A stretch of DNA of 64,000 bases from Cyanophora paradoxa CCMP329 (Eukaryota > Plantae > Glaucophyta), in contig QPMI01000434.1 of the NCBI GenBank assembly GCA_004431415.1, positions 1 to 64,000 on the forward strand, read 5' to 3'. Below the pieces are notes generated by a model. The model was not told where the DNA came from, made no database searches, and worked only from the letters and a program-made list of their open reading frames with translations. The translations under genes and the position numbers were made by a program. Each line of letters begins with the position of its first letter. Positions within the stretch are counted from its first letter, which is position 1. This document shows, in pieces, positions 13,001 to 24,711 of this stretch.

Positions 13001-14849
13001 CCTGCACGGCCTGCTCCTGGTTCACGTCCCCGAAGACCCGCCAGCGCCGCGTCGCCGCGTTGTACAGGCACGCCCCGCGGTTCCCCGCCACCGCGATCTG
13101 CGACCCGTCGTCCGACGCGGAGACGAAGCGGATGGGCCAGTTGCTGGCGTTCTCGAGGAGGTAGCTGGGCGGGGCGGGGAGGTGCTGGAGGCTGAGCTCC
13201 TCGAGCTGGAGGTTGCGGACGCTGTGGACGAGGAGGACGCGGTCGTGGCCCTGCAGCAGCAGCCGCGAGCGCTCGTTCTGCACGGGGTTCCCGCACAGCG
13301 CGCTCTTCACGAAGCCGAACTGCACGAAGCGGGCGGCCCGGGGCAGCCCGGCGGGCAGCGGGCCGAGGCTGGGGACCATGGCGAGAAAGTAGCCGCCGGG
13401 GCCCCAGGCGAGCGAGAGGACGCCGCCCATGGCGAGCTCCCGCGCCGTGGGCGGGACGGGGTCGGCCACCTCGGGCGCCGCCCGCGGCACCTGGGCGGCG
13501 ATCTGGGGCAGGGTCGACATGAGGCGGCAGCCGGAGACGCTCCAGACGGTGAGCCCGCGCGCCGCGTAGCCGACGGCGAGCGCCGCGTAGTCGGCGGACC
13601 AGCGGAGGCAGCGCACGGGGCCCGTGTGCTCCGCGGTGAAGCCCCAGTGGGAGAGGCTCGCCGTGCGCATGTGCGCCAGGGAGACCTCCGAGGCGCCCTC
13701 CGCGCCCCCCTCCTCCTCCATCCCGCTCGCCACCGAGGGGACGGGCGAGCCGCCGCGGTTGACGGCGGCGGGGGCGCCGGCGACGAAGCCGTCGCCGCGT
13801 ACGATCTTGTACATGCGCGTCTCGCCCGTCTCGAGGCCCACGGCGACCTCCTGGTACGCCACGTTGAAGGCCGCCGCCGTAGCCCCGCTCGGCGCGTCCG
13901 AGACCCACGCCCCGCCGGCCGAGCCGCCGCGGCGCTTGCCCGCCCAGTCGACGACGGCACAGGCGCCGTCGCCGAAGATGACCGCGGCGACGCGGAGCTC
14001 GGTCGCGCTGGCGAGGTGCACGATCGCCGTCTCGCCGGGGGACGAGGCCGCCGGGTCCGCGTCGCCCGGCCGCGACGGTGGGAGCAGATCCACGATGCCC
14101 GTCTCCCCCGAGACGCGCCCGGGCCACGTGACCGTCAGAATGTAGCCGTCCACCGTCCCCGCGATGAAGTGGCTCCCCTCCGCGCAGATACTGCCGCGCG
14201 CGGCCCGCGGTCAGCTTTCGCTCGGATAAATGGCAGGGGCGTCGGCTCGAGCTGGGGGCGCCAGGCAAAGAAGGAAAGAGAAGGAACGACCGGGTGACGC
14301 ACCAGCAGACGGCGCCCTTGGACGACTCGACGCGCTGGTCGAACTGGACGCTGACGTTGTCGAGCGGCATGTCGAACTGGTACTTTCCGCCGATGGGCTT
14401 CCTCCGCACGTTGCTCTGGTGCAGCACCGCGTAGGTGTGCAGGAAGCCACCCTCCGTCTGCGTGCCCCGGCCGGGGATCGGTCAGCAGCGCCTTGGCACT
14501 TAACCGAGAACCCCAGCAACAACGGGCGCACGAGGATAGCTAGCTGCTTCGAGTCGCGCTTCCAGACCACCTGCTTGTTGCCGCCATCCGCCGCGACGGA
14601 GGCGGCGTCGCGCTTGAATGTGGCGAGTACCACACGGTGCTGCGTGCGAATGAGAAAGACCGAAGCATGTCCGAAAACGCCAGCGACGGCCGGGACGCGG
14701 ACCTGGCCGCCGGACCAGATGATGAGCGCGGACTTGCTGATGGTGGCAAGGAGGTTGCGCGAGTCATCGAACTCTGCAGCAATGAAAGTTTCGCCTTCGC
14801 CGGCGTCCGCGCCGAAGATGCGCGGCCAGCCGACGGCGAAGTAGGCCAT
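10021..14849 (-). CDS. RIC1: RIC1, subunit of the RIC1-RGP1 Rab6 GEF
   Basis: Starts MAYFAVGWP; contains NWPIRFVS, WRVFGDVNQEQ, LELDREVYPVGV, HFAHALEWLLH, IVRCARKTDDRCWPRLF, RLRTAACYLVIL and ELARDVVRFL. Confidence 0.93.
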
Positions 14850-15022
14850 CTTGCGGCCGGCGGCTCGTTGGCGTCTTCAATGTGCCCCGAGCTCGTCCAA
14901 TCTCGCCCGCAGCTAGTTCTGCAGCTAGGCTCGCGAGGCCGCGGTACCCCCCGCGAGCGACCGTGGCGGACTGACCTCTCAGACCGCCTCGGACCGCGGT
15001 CACCGTTCCGACCGGCGCTGGC

Positions 15023-18000
15023 ATGGATCTGCTGCCGGCGCCGCTGCTCGGGCGCATCTTGGCCGACGTGCCGACGCTTGAGTGCATACGTTTGCGGCGC
15101 GTCTGCCGGAGCTGGAGGAAAGCGGTGGATTCTTGGATCGAAGAGGGGATCAAGCGCTTTGTCGGCACCGCAGACTCGTCGCCGGCGGCCATCGTTCAGG
15201 CGGTCATGCAGTTCTCAAGGTGCGCCGCGGCCGCGACAGTCGGCACGAGTGGTTTTGAGCGCTCCTGGACGGGCCTGCACATATTGCCACGCGCCCTCGC
15301 CTCCACACCCATGCGCATCGCGAATATATTCCTTAGAATGTGCTAACGGGCTTCCTCAGCATCACGGAGATCGAGCTGCGCTGCGTAAACCTCCTCTCGG
15401 AAGTCCTCACGTACGTGGAGGACGAGGCGCGCGCGGATTCCCTGCAGCCCGTTGAGGAGGGCGATGAGGAGGAAGAGGAGGGCGTGAGCGGGGATGAGGA
15501 CGATGTGGAGCAGGGAGCACTCATCCAAGTGCTCTGTGACTTGCTTGACGAGCGCGGCGAGCCGTTCGCCCTCTCCTTCGTCTACTGCTGGGCCGCGCCT
15601 GAAGCCTTGGTGAGGCAGCTCAGTTGGTAGAGCGCTTCCTGGCGCGAGCTCCGCGGTCTGAACCGGCGCCTGCAGCGGGAGGTAGCCCCCTCGACGTTCG
15701 TTTCGGCGCGGGCGCTGGAGTACGTGGCGGATGCGAAGCACCTGTCGCGGCTCGAGTTCATCGGGGCGGACCTGCGCTCGGCCCGCGCCGAGCTGCTGGG
15801 CGTTCTGGCGCTGCCGAGCCTCCAAAGATTGCTCCTCGCCGACTGCGAGTTACCGAGCCTGTCACCCGGCGCAGTTCTCTCCTCGCGCGCGTGCGCCGCC
15901 GCCGGCGCGCCCCTCCGCCGCCGCCCGAGGCCCGACGCCGCGCAGGACGCCGCTGGGCTTGGAGGTGGACCGCATCAGCGACGCCGCCGACCTCGAGCGC
16001 TTCGCCCGTGCGCCGGCGCCTCCGGCCAGCTCCCGCCCGCGCCCGCCGCTCACCGCCGGCAGGGGAGCTTCTGGCGCGGGGTGTGGACATGGATGTTACC
16101 CCCTGCCGGGAGGCCCTCGCGGCGCTCCTGGTCGAGCTGTGCGGCGGGGAGCTCGTGTCAGAGCAGTCCGCCGGGGGCGGGGGCGATGAGAGCGAGGAGG
16201 CGGCCTGCGGCGAGGACGTCGAGGGGCACGGCGCGCGCCGCAGCGCCGACGAGTCGCCCCGGGCGCACCTCGCGCGCCTGAACCGTGCCGCGGCGCCCTG
16301 CCCGCCTGCCAGCAGCCGCTGCTGACTGCGGGCGGGCCGCAGAGGTGCTCCCGAGGGGGGTGATGGGCACGGCCGCGCAGAAGGCGGCGGAGCACCGCGT
16401 GTGGCCGCTGCTGTGCGCCCTCTGGGACCTGGGGGCCGCCCCGCGCAAGCTCGAGATCGCCTGGATCCTCGCCGCCGTCGAGGCGGGGCGCCCCGCCGGC
16501 GGCTACCGCCTCCCCGAGCACGGCGAGGGGCGGGGGCAGCACGAGGAGGAGGGCGAAGAGGAGGAGGAGGAGGAGGAGGACGGGTACAAGTCGGACTTCG
16601 CGTCCGAGGACGAAGAGGCGGAGGAGGAGGAGGAGGAGGAGGAGGATCCGGACGGAATCGAAGGGGAGCGGCAGCGGCGGGAGGCGCGCAAGGCGGGCGG
16701 GCAGGCGGGGCGGCGGGGGCGGGGGCGGGTGCCGCTGCCGCCGGCGGTGGAGCTGGAGGGCCTGCAGCGGGTCGCCGCGGGCCTCGTCGAGCTGCTCCTC
16801 CACGAGGGGGCGGCCTGCAAGGCGGTGCACCCGCGCAACGCCGTGCGGGAGCTCCTGCGGGCCTGCCCCGAGGCCGACGAGCCGTTCCTCGTCGCCCTCC
16901 TCCGCCGCCTCGCCGCCCGCGGCGCCCTCGTCGAGATGAACTGGGAGTCCCGGTGCGCGCGGCAGGCCAAGAAAGGCTGACCGGGAGGCGGCTGGGCGGG
17001 GCTCACGGGGCGCGCAGGCCGCACGTGCTGCTGTGCGTGGCGGTGGCGCGGGGCCTGCTGGGCGTCGCCCGCGAGCTCGTCGACGGCGGCCTCGCGCCCC
17101 TCTCCGAGATCTCCTTCTGTCCGCCCCTCCTCGCCGCCGTCGACCGCGAGTGCGGCCGCTCCCGCCCCCTCTACCTACCCGCCCCCCTTCTCTTCTCTGA
17201 GGCCGCGCTGCCCCGCAGCCGCGACTTCGCCCTCCTCGAGCGCTCCCGCTTCCCCGGGTGCGGCCCGCCCGCCGGCCCGGCCGCCGGCCCGGCCCGCCTG
17301 ACGGGGCGCGCGCAGGCGGGAGGCGGCTGCGGTGGAGTTCCTGCTCTCGCGGGGCGCGGACCCGAACGTGGAGGCGCACCCCGGCGAGAACGCCCTGAAC
17401 GCGTGCGCCGAGCACGGCCTCCCCGAGGCCGCCGCCCTCCTCGTCCGCGCCGGCGCCCGCATCCTCGTCCGCCCCGCCCGCCTCTGCCTGCGCCGCGCCC
17501 GCTCCTGATCCGCCGCGCAGGGGGACTCACAGACGGGGAGCGCGATGGCGGCGGCGTGCCTCTCGGAGGAGCGCTTCGGCGTGGCCCTCGAGCTGGCGCC
17601 CCTCTACCGCTCCGAGCTCGCCGACCCCGACCTCGACCAGCGCGCCCGCCACGTCCGCCCCCTCCCCTCCCTCCCTCCCTCCCGCCTCTCTCCACCTCAC
17701 TCGCTCCTCGGCAGTACGCCCTGTGGCACGGCGGCGTGGCCGGCCCCTCCCGCGCCAAGCTCGAGGCAGACCTCGCGGCGGCCCTCTTCTGCGCCTGCGC
17801 GGCGCAGGCGGCCGCCGAGGCGACGGCGGGGGCCGCCGTGTGCCCGGCCCCGATGGCCGCCCCGCCGCCCCTCTTCGAGGCGGTGGTGCGGGCGCTGCTC
17901 GCCCTGAACGCCGACCCCGCCGCCGAGGGCGCCCCCGCCCTCTTCACCGCCGCCTTCTCCTCCCTCGTCCGCTACGCCCCGTTCCCCCCCTGCGCCGCCG

Positions 18001-18242
18001 GCGTCGCCTTCGGGCGCCTCTGCCGCCACCAGCGCGCCGGCTGCGCGCCGGCCTCGTGCGCCTGGGCCGCCGTGTTCGGCGCGATGCGCCCCAAGATCCC
18101 GGACCTGAGGCCGTACGTGGCGCCGGCGCCGCTGGAGGCGGAGGCGGAGGAGTGGCGGGAGGGGCGCGGGGCGGCCCTCGGCGAGTACGCCGCCGCCCTC
18201 TCGCGGGCCCTCGGCGACGCCCTCCCCACCCCCCTCTCCTAG
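15023..18242 (+). CDS. F-box protein with LRR-like segment, acidic tract and ankyrin repeats
   Basis: N-terminal F-box MDLLPAPLLGRILADVPTLECIRLRRVCRSWRKAV; ankyrin-like VEFLLSRGADPNVEAHPGENALNACAEHGLPEAAALLVRAGA after splicing. Confidence 0.7.
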
Positions 18243-18527
18243 CCTAGTAGCTCCCTGGCTTACGTGAGCTGAGCGCGGCTCGAGGCCGCCCCATGAGAGA
18301 GATCTCTCGCGAGCCGCCTGGCAGCTGCGGCAGCGCCCCAGGGCATTTCTCTCTCTATCTCTCTCTCCCCGATCGCGAGGCTCTCTCTCTAGATCTGGCA
18401 TTCATTCGAGCCTAGCCCGCCCTCTCCCCCGAGACCGCCCCAGCGCCCCCTCCCGAGCCGGCGGGAAGCTTGTATGCACTATCTTACATTAATTCGAAGT
18501 TGAAGCATCGGGGGCGGGGCGGGGGCC

Positions 18528-20750
18528 TCAGAAGTCGTCCTCCTCGTCGCCCTCGGCGAGGTTCTTGGCCAGCTCTGCACGCCCCGCCCGTCAGCGGAGG
18601 CGGGCGGGGGGCGGGCGTGGGGCGCGAGGGGGAGGCGCGGCGGACCCTGCTCCTGCTTCTCGCGCTCGCGGCGGGCGTCGGCCGACTCGAGGTCGCGGCG
18701 GTGGCCGTCGTCCGGGTAGCTCATCGCCCGCACGGCGTCGTTGTGCAGGCGCAGGCAGAAGTCCACCCGCTTGTGGAACGCCCCCTGCGGCTCGTGCGTC
18801 CCGTACACGTTCGGGTTCTCCTGCGCGCCCCAACCCGGCGGGTTCGCTGGGGGGCGGCGTGCGGGCGGGCCGGGCGGGGACGCACGCGGGACTGGAGGAA
18901 CTTGCCGGCGTGGTCGATGACCGCGTCGATGACGCCGTCGCGGATCGCCTTCGCCACGATCGGCTGCGCGGGGCGTCAGCGGGGCGGCCGGAGCGGGAGC
19001 GGCGCCGGCGCTCGCCTCGCAGTCGTCGACGGACTCGAGGTGGAGCTTGTGGGCGATGTCGGCGAAGGAGATGCGGCTGTAGGCGAGATTGATCTTGCGG
19101 AGGCCCGTCTTGATGACGTTCTGGCGGAGGCGGATGATGAGCGTGTGCGTCTTGTCCTTCTTGAAGAGCGCCGCGTAGCGCTCCATGACGCCCTTGAAGG
19201 CGGCCAGGTCCCCCACGCGGACCGCCTGCGTAAGCTGGAAGTAGGGCCGCAGCGCCCCCTTCAGCTCGGCCTGCAGGAAGGTCGTCTTCTCTGGGATCTC
19301 GCCCATCAGCAGCTGCACGATCGCGTGGAGCTTCGTGCACTGCCGCAACGCGCCCCGTCAGCGCGCGCCCCCGCCACGCCGGCCCTCGCGGGGCGGGGCG
19401 CACGGCTATTCGGAAGCCCACGGCGGACGTCTGCGGGGCTTTCCGGAGGGCCTGCTGCAGGCTCTTCAGCGCCTCCGAGTAGTCGAGCTGGATCGCCTTG
19501 ATGCGCCCTGCGCGGCGCTCGGAGGCCGCCCCGCGCGCGCTCGGCCCCGGCCCCCCGCACCGGTGTAGTAGAGGTAGCGCGCGTACTGGTTGTTGTTGTG
19601 CGACTCCGGGAAAGTGGTCTTGGAGACGAGCTTGTCCGCCTGCTCGTACAGGTTGAAGTGCAGGTAGTTGCGCAGCAGCAGGTTCAGCAGCGTCGCCTGC
19701 GATCCGGTTTGGTGAGCGGTCCAGGGCCCCGCAGCACGGCGCGCGGGCGGCGGACCTGGCCCACGTCGTCGTGGCGCAGCGCGGCGGTCCTGTGTGCAGC
19801 GAGGAGCGTGCTGCGGGGCGACCTGAGCACGCGCCCCGCACGCCGCGCCCCCGGAGCGCCGCACCTCCGGATCTCGGCTAGCCGGTTGGACAGCTCGTAC
19901 CCGCGGGCGTAGTAGAACATCGCGGTGGCCTGCAGAGCGTCCAGCGACCGCCGGTTGAACGTCCGCAGCCGCTCCACGAGCACCGTCGAAGCGCGGATGG
20001 CCTGCATGGTAGTGGGCGAGCAGCAGGCGCGGCGGCAAGGCGCGGAGCGCACGTCGTCGATGCGCTTGTGGTCGATGAGGAAGATGATGGAGAGAATGGA
20101 GAGGTACGCCTCAACTTCGGGGATGACAGGGCCCGCGTGCGGCTTGTCCGCCGCTGCGGAGGCCTGTGTTGCGTCTGCCGCACCGCTGCTGCTGTCTACT
20201 TCCATCTTCGTGCTTTCCTTCGCGGCCTGGGAGCGCGCGGGAGCACGTATACAGGGAATGGGCGTCAGTGGCATGGGCATCGGCCGGAGGCTGCAGGGCG
20301 GGCTGCAAGCACCTTGATCATGTCTGCAAGTGTCGTCTTCGCTTCCGCGCTCTCGGCTGGGAAAGTGTACAGGTTGAGAAGCCGGAGCAGGTCATCCGCG
20401 CCAATCTTCTTTCGCAGGCTGGGAATCTGGCGAAGCACTCGGAAGACAAAGCGTGTCTCCTTCGTCGCGACACTCTTCTCGACCAGTACGACATTCGCCT
20501 TCAGGTCTGCGAGACAGGTCCGGCGGAGCGGTCAATGGGCGCGCGTGGGGCGGCGCCGCAAGCGGCCGCAGCGTGTCATTCACGAATGCCGCGACCGGGT
20601 GCCTGGGAGGCGGCTGTCCGGGGTCCATTTGGGCTCACCGCTAAGAAGAAGGGCTGCAACGTCCGCCGCGCTCGGCTTCGCGGGTTCCGCGTCCTTCATC
20701 TCAACGTCCTTGGTCTCCTTGGCCTCCTTCTTGTCCTTCTCTGGCGCCAT
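18528..20750 (-). CDS. RPN3: 26S proteasome lid subunit RPN3/PSMD3 (about 10 introns)
   Basis: [100 protein letters not shown]; ends EEDDF*. Confidence 0.97.
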
Positions 20751-21105
20751 CGTGGTCTTCCTCGTTCAGGCCGGGGTACCGCTCAGTTCGTCGCTGCGGT
20801 TTTCGCGGCCCGTCGTCTCTCGTTCGCCGCACCCGCGGCATCGGTTCCTCGTTCGCACCCGGTGCGTGCTGGCACCCCCAGCTGCGATCTGCCGCGGGCT
20901 AGGGCGAAGATTATCCTCCTGGCCTCGGCGCGCGCGCCTCGTGGCATGCGCGGCGGGGTCTCCAGCTTCGGAAACCGCCTTCGGAGACCAGAAAGAGGTG
21001 TTAGAGCGTGCTAGCATGGCGCAAGGGTCGGGCCTCCCGCCCAGCAGCGTGCGCGGTCGCGAGTCGTAGCCTGATCATCGGAGGGGCGCAGATCAGCTCT
21101 CAATC

Positions 21106-23971
21106 ATGTCGAAGCGTCTGCATGCGGCGTTCGGCAAGGCGAAGGCGGCCAACAAGCCGGCCTTCATCGGCTATATCACGGCCGGATATCCCAAGATCGA
21201 GACGGCGGTCCCCACCATGCTTGCCATGCAGGAGGGCGGCGCCGACGTCATTGAGCTCGGAGTTCCTTTCACTGATCCGGTTCGCGCGCCCTCTCGCTGC
21301 CTCGCGCTGGAACAGTGTGGGGCTTCATATGTTCCGCGGATTTCGCGCGCGGGGTGGCGCGCCTTCTTGTTCTCTCGATGCAAGCTCATTTGCTTCCACA
21401 GATCGCCGACGGTGTCACGCTCCAGAAGACCAGCGAGGTCGCGCTCAAGAACGGCGTGTCCCTCCAGACCGTGATCGACCTCGTCGCCGACGCGCGCAAG
21501 AAGGGCCTCACCGTCCCCGTCCTGCTCATGGGCTACTACAACCCGCTCCTCGCCTACGGCGAGGAGAAGGCCATCAAGGCCTGCCACGCCGCCGGTGCGC
21601 GGGCCTCTTCCCCAGTCCTCTCTCCTCTCTTCTTTCTCACGAGGCGCCCAGGCGCCGACGGCTTCATCATCGTGGACGTGCCGCTCGAGGAGGCGACCAC
21701 CCTCGCGAAGCACTGCAAGGAGAACCAGATGAGCCTCGTGCCCCTCGTCACCGTCACTACCACCGAGCACCGGTCCGCCCACCCGCGCCGGCAGCTGCTG
21801 CCCGCCCCTTCCGCGGGGCGCCGACGTGAGGGCGGGGCGGGACAGGCTGAAGCACCTGGCGGCGCTGGCGGACACGTTCGTGTATTGCGTGTCTGTCGCC
21901 GGCGTCACCGGCCAGCGCACCAACCTCCCCGAGGAACTCCCCGCGGTCCGCGCGCCCCCCCTCGCCACTCCGAGCCAGCCTGCGCGCGCGCTGACGTCTC
22001 GCGGGGCAGTTCGTGGCGAACGTGCGGGCGCACACGGACCTGCCGCTGGCCGTCGGCTTCGGCGTCTCCACCCGCGAGCACGTCGAGCAGATCGCCCAGG
22101 CCCGCCCCGCCCCGCCTCGCCCCGCCCCCGCCCCGCCTTGCCTCGCCCGCGGCGCGCGCCCCGCCCCGCCCCGTCTGACCGGCCTCCGCCCCCGCAGATC
22201 GCCGACGGCGTCGTCGTCGGGTCGGCCATTTGCAAGGAGCTCGATGCCCGTGCGGCCCTCCCCGCCCGCATGCGCCCCGGCACACGCGCGCCCGGCCGAC
22301 CCTGCGGGCGCAGACGGGCCGGAGGGCGTGAAGACCTACATCCACAAGCTCACCGCGGCCCCGCACAAGAAGCACGCCCGCGACGAGGCCGCCGAGGCCC
22401 GCCCCGCCCCGCCCCGGCCCGCCCCGCCCCGGGCACCGGCCCCTCGTGAGCGGGGGCGCAGGCGGCGGCGAAGAAGGCGAAGACCGAGGCGAGCGCGGCG
22501 GCGAACGGCGCGGCGACGGAGCACCTGCCGGGCCGCTTCGGCGAGTTCGGCGGGCAGTACGTGCCGGAGACGCTCATGGCGGCGCTCCAGGAGCTGGAGA
22601 CGGCGTACATCGCGTGCCAGAAGGATCCGTCCTTCGCGGCCGAGCTCAAGGAGCTGCAGGAGCACTACGTGGGCCGCGAGACCCCGCTCTACTTCGCGAA
22701 GCGCCTCACCGAGGCCACCGGCGGGGCCCGCATCTGGCTCAAGCGCGAGGAGCTCTGCCACACGGGCGCGCACAAGATCAACAACGCCCTGGGGCAGGCG
22801 CTCATCGCCAAGCGGCTCGGCAAGAAGCGCGTGGTGGCGGAGACGGGCGCCGGGCAGCACGGCGTGGCCACGGCGACCGTGTGCGCCCTCATGGGCCTCC
22901 AGGCCGTCATCTACATGGGCGCCGAGGACACCCGCCGCCAGGCCCGCCCCCGCCCCGCCCCGCCCCGCCCCGCCCCGCCCCGCCGGGCGGCTCCCTGTGC
23001 GGGGCTGACGGGAGGGGCCGGGGGCAGAGCCTGAACGTGTTCCGGATGAAGGTGCTGGGGGCGGAGGTGATCCCCGTGGAGGCCGGCTCGGCCACCCTCA
23101 AGGACGCGGTCAACGAGGCCATGCGCGACTGGCCCGCCCGCCCCGCCCCCGGCCCCGGCCCCGGCCCCGGCCCCGCCTCACCGGGCCGGCCCCCGCAGGG
23201 TGACCAACGTGCGGACGACGTACTACCTCATCGGGTCGGCGATCGGGCCGCACCCCTTCCCCACCATCGTCCGCGACTTCCAGAGCGTCATCGGCATCGA
23301 GGCGCGCGCCCAGATGCTCAAGCAGGCCGGCCGGTCAGCAGCCATCCCCCCCCTCGAGACACTCCTCTACGCCTCTGACGAGGGGCGGGGGGCGGGCAGG
23401 CTGCCGGACGTGGCGATCGCGTGCGTGGGGGGCGGCTCCAACGCGATCGGCCTCTTCCACCCCTTCATCAACGACAAGAGCGTCAAGCTCATCGGCGCCG
23501 AGGCCGCCGGCGACGGCGTCGGTCCGCCCCCCCGCGCCCCGTCGGGCCGAGCGGAGCTGACGGGGGGCGGCAGAGTCGGGCAAGCACTCGGCGGTGCTCG
23601 TGGCCGGCGTGCCCGGCGTCCTCCACGGCATGCGGACGTACCTGCTGCAGGACAAGAACGGGCAGATCGAGGAGACGCACTCGATCTCGGCGGGCCTTGA
23701 TTACCCCGGCGTGGGCCCCGAGCACTGCTTCCTCAAGGCGAGCGGGCGGGCCGAGTACGTGGGCGTGACGGACAAGGAGGCGCTCGAGGGCCTGCAGGAG
23801 CTCGCCAAGTGGGAGGGGATCATCCCCGCCCTCGAGCCCTCGCACGCCGTCTTCACGGCCATCAAGGTCGCCAAGACGATGCGCAAGGACCAGGACGTGC
23901 TCGTCAACATGTGCGGCCGCGGCGACAAGGACATGATCACCGTCGCCAAGGCCCTCGGCGTCCAGCTCTAA
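21106..23971 (+). CDS. TRP5: Tryptophan synthase, fused alpha (TrpA) - beta (TrpB) polypeptide, 11 introns
   Basis: Alpha domain: [48 protein letters not shown]. After a linker, beta domain: [22 protein letters not shown] (PLP lysine), [40 protein letters not shown]. Confidence 0.97.
22942..23027 (+). other. GC-AG intron (example) with a (CCCCG)n tract
   Basis: CAG|GCCCGC...CTGAC...GGGGCAG|AGC restores [10 protein letters not shown]. Confidence 0.9.
23132..23198 (+). other. GC-AG spliceosomal intron (example) in TrpB
   Basis: GAC TG|GCCCGC...CTCAC...GCAG|G GTG restores EAMRDWVTN; the intron contains no GT dinucleotide. Confidence 0.9.
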
Positions 23972-24711
23972 CGCCCGCGCCTCGGCTGACCGCTCCCCGC
24001 CCCCGACCTCGCCATCCCCCGCCCCTCCCTGGCCCCCATCCCGACCGCATCCGAAGCCCGCCCCGTGCCATTCAATGCTTCGGAATTGCATCGCGGGTCC
24101 TCTCATCCGCTTGTGCACCGTGGCACCTTGGTAGAAGGGAGTTCGAACACAACACTAGTACTGTGACAGGGTGCTGGGGCACTGCGGCAAATTCGAGACG
24201 TCGATTGGATCGACGGGCCGGCGAGCGCCGGCGCTAGCTAAAGTTAGCGCTCGATCGTAATCGCGAGCCGCTGAGCGTTATAGCTATAGCTAGCGCTAGC
24301 TCGCGCTCGAGACCTAGTTAACGATGTCGATCGCATCGCCGAGTCGTAAATGCCATGATGCGTATGCGGGCGCAAGCATGTGAATGCAGCTGCGAGCCAT
24401 CGAGTGTCGCATTTCTGTCGCATTTCTTTCTCTGTCTTTAAATTGAGTAAGGGTAAATAGAATAGAATACACTATGGGTAAGGTCAAGCCTACAGAAACG
24501 AACGCTAGCTAGCTAGAATACTAGATACAGGGCCGGGGCATATATCTACAGAATTCTCCCATAAATAGAGAACCGAGGCGCGAATGTGCCGCGGGCTGAA
24601 AGCCCAACAGCTATGCACAAAGGGCGCAAAAGAGAAGCCGAAAGCGGAGGCGGCGGGCACGAAATGGGCGGGTGGGGCGCAGGGAGCCCCGGCTAGTCCC
24701 GGGGGGCGGGC

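Noticed and set aside
24130-24155. GTTCGAA B-box/T-loop-like motif suggesting a tRNA
   Set aside because: No cloverleaf stems around it.
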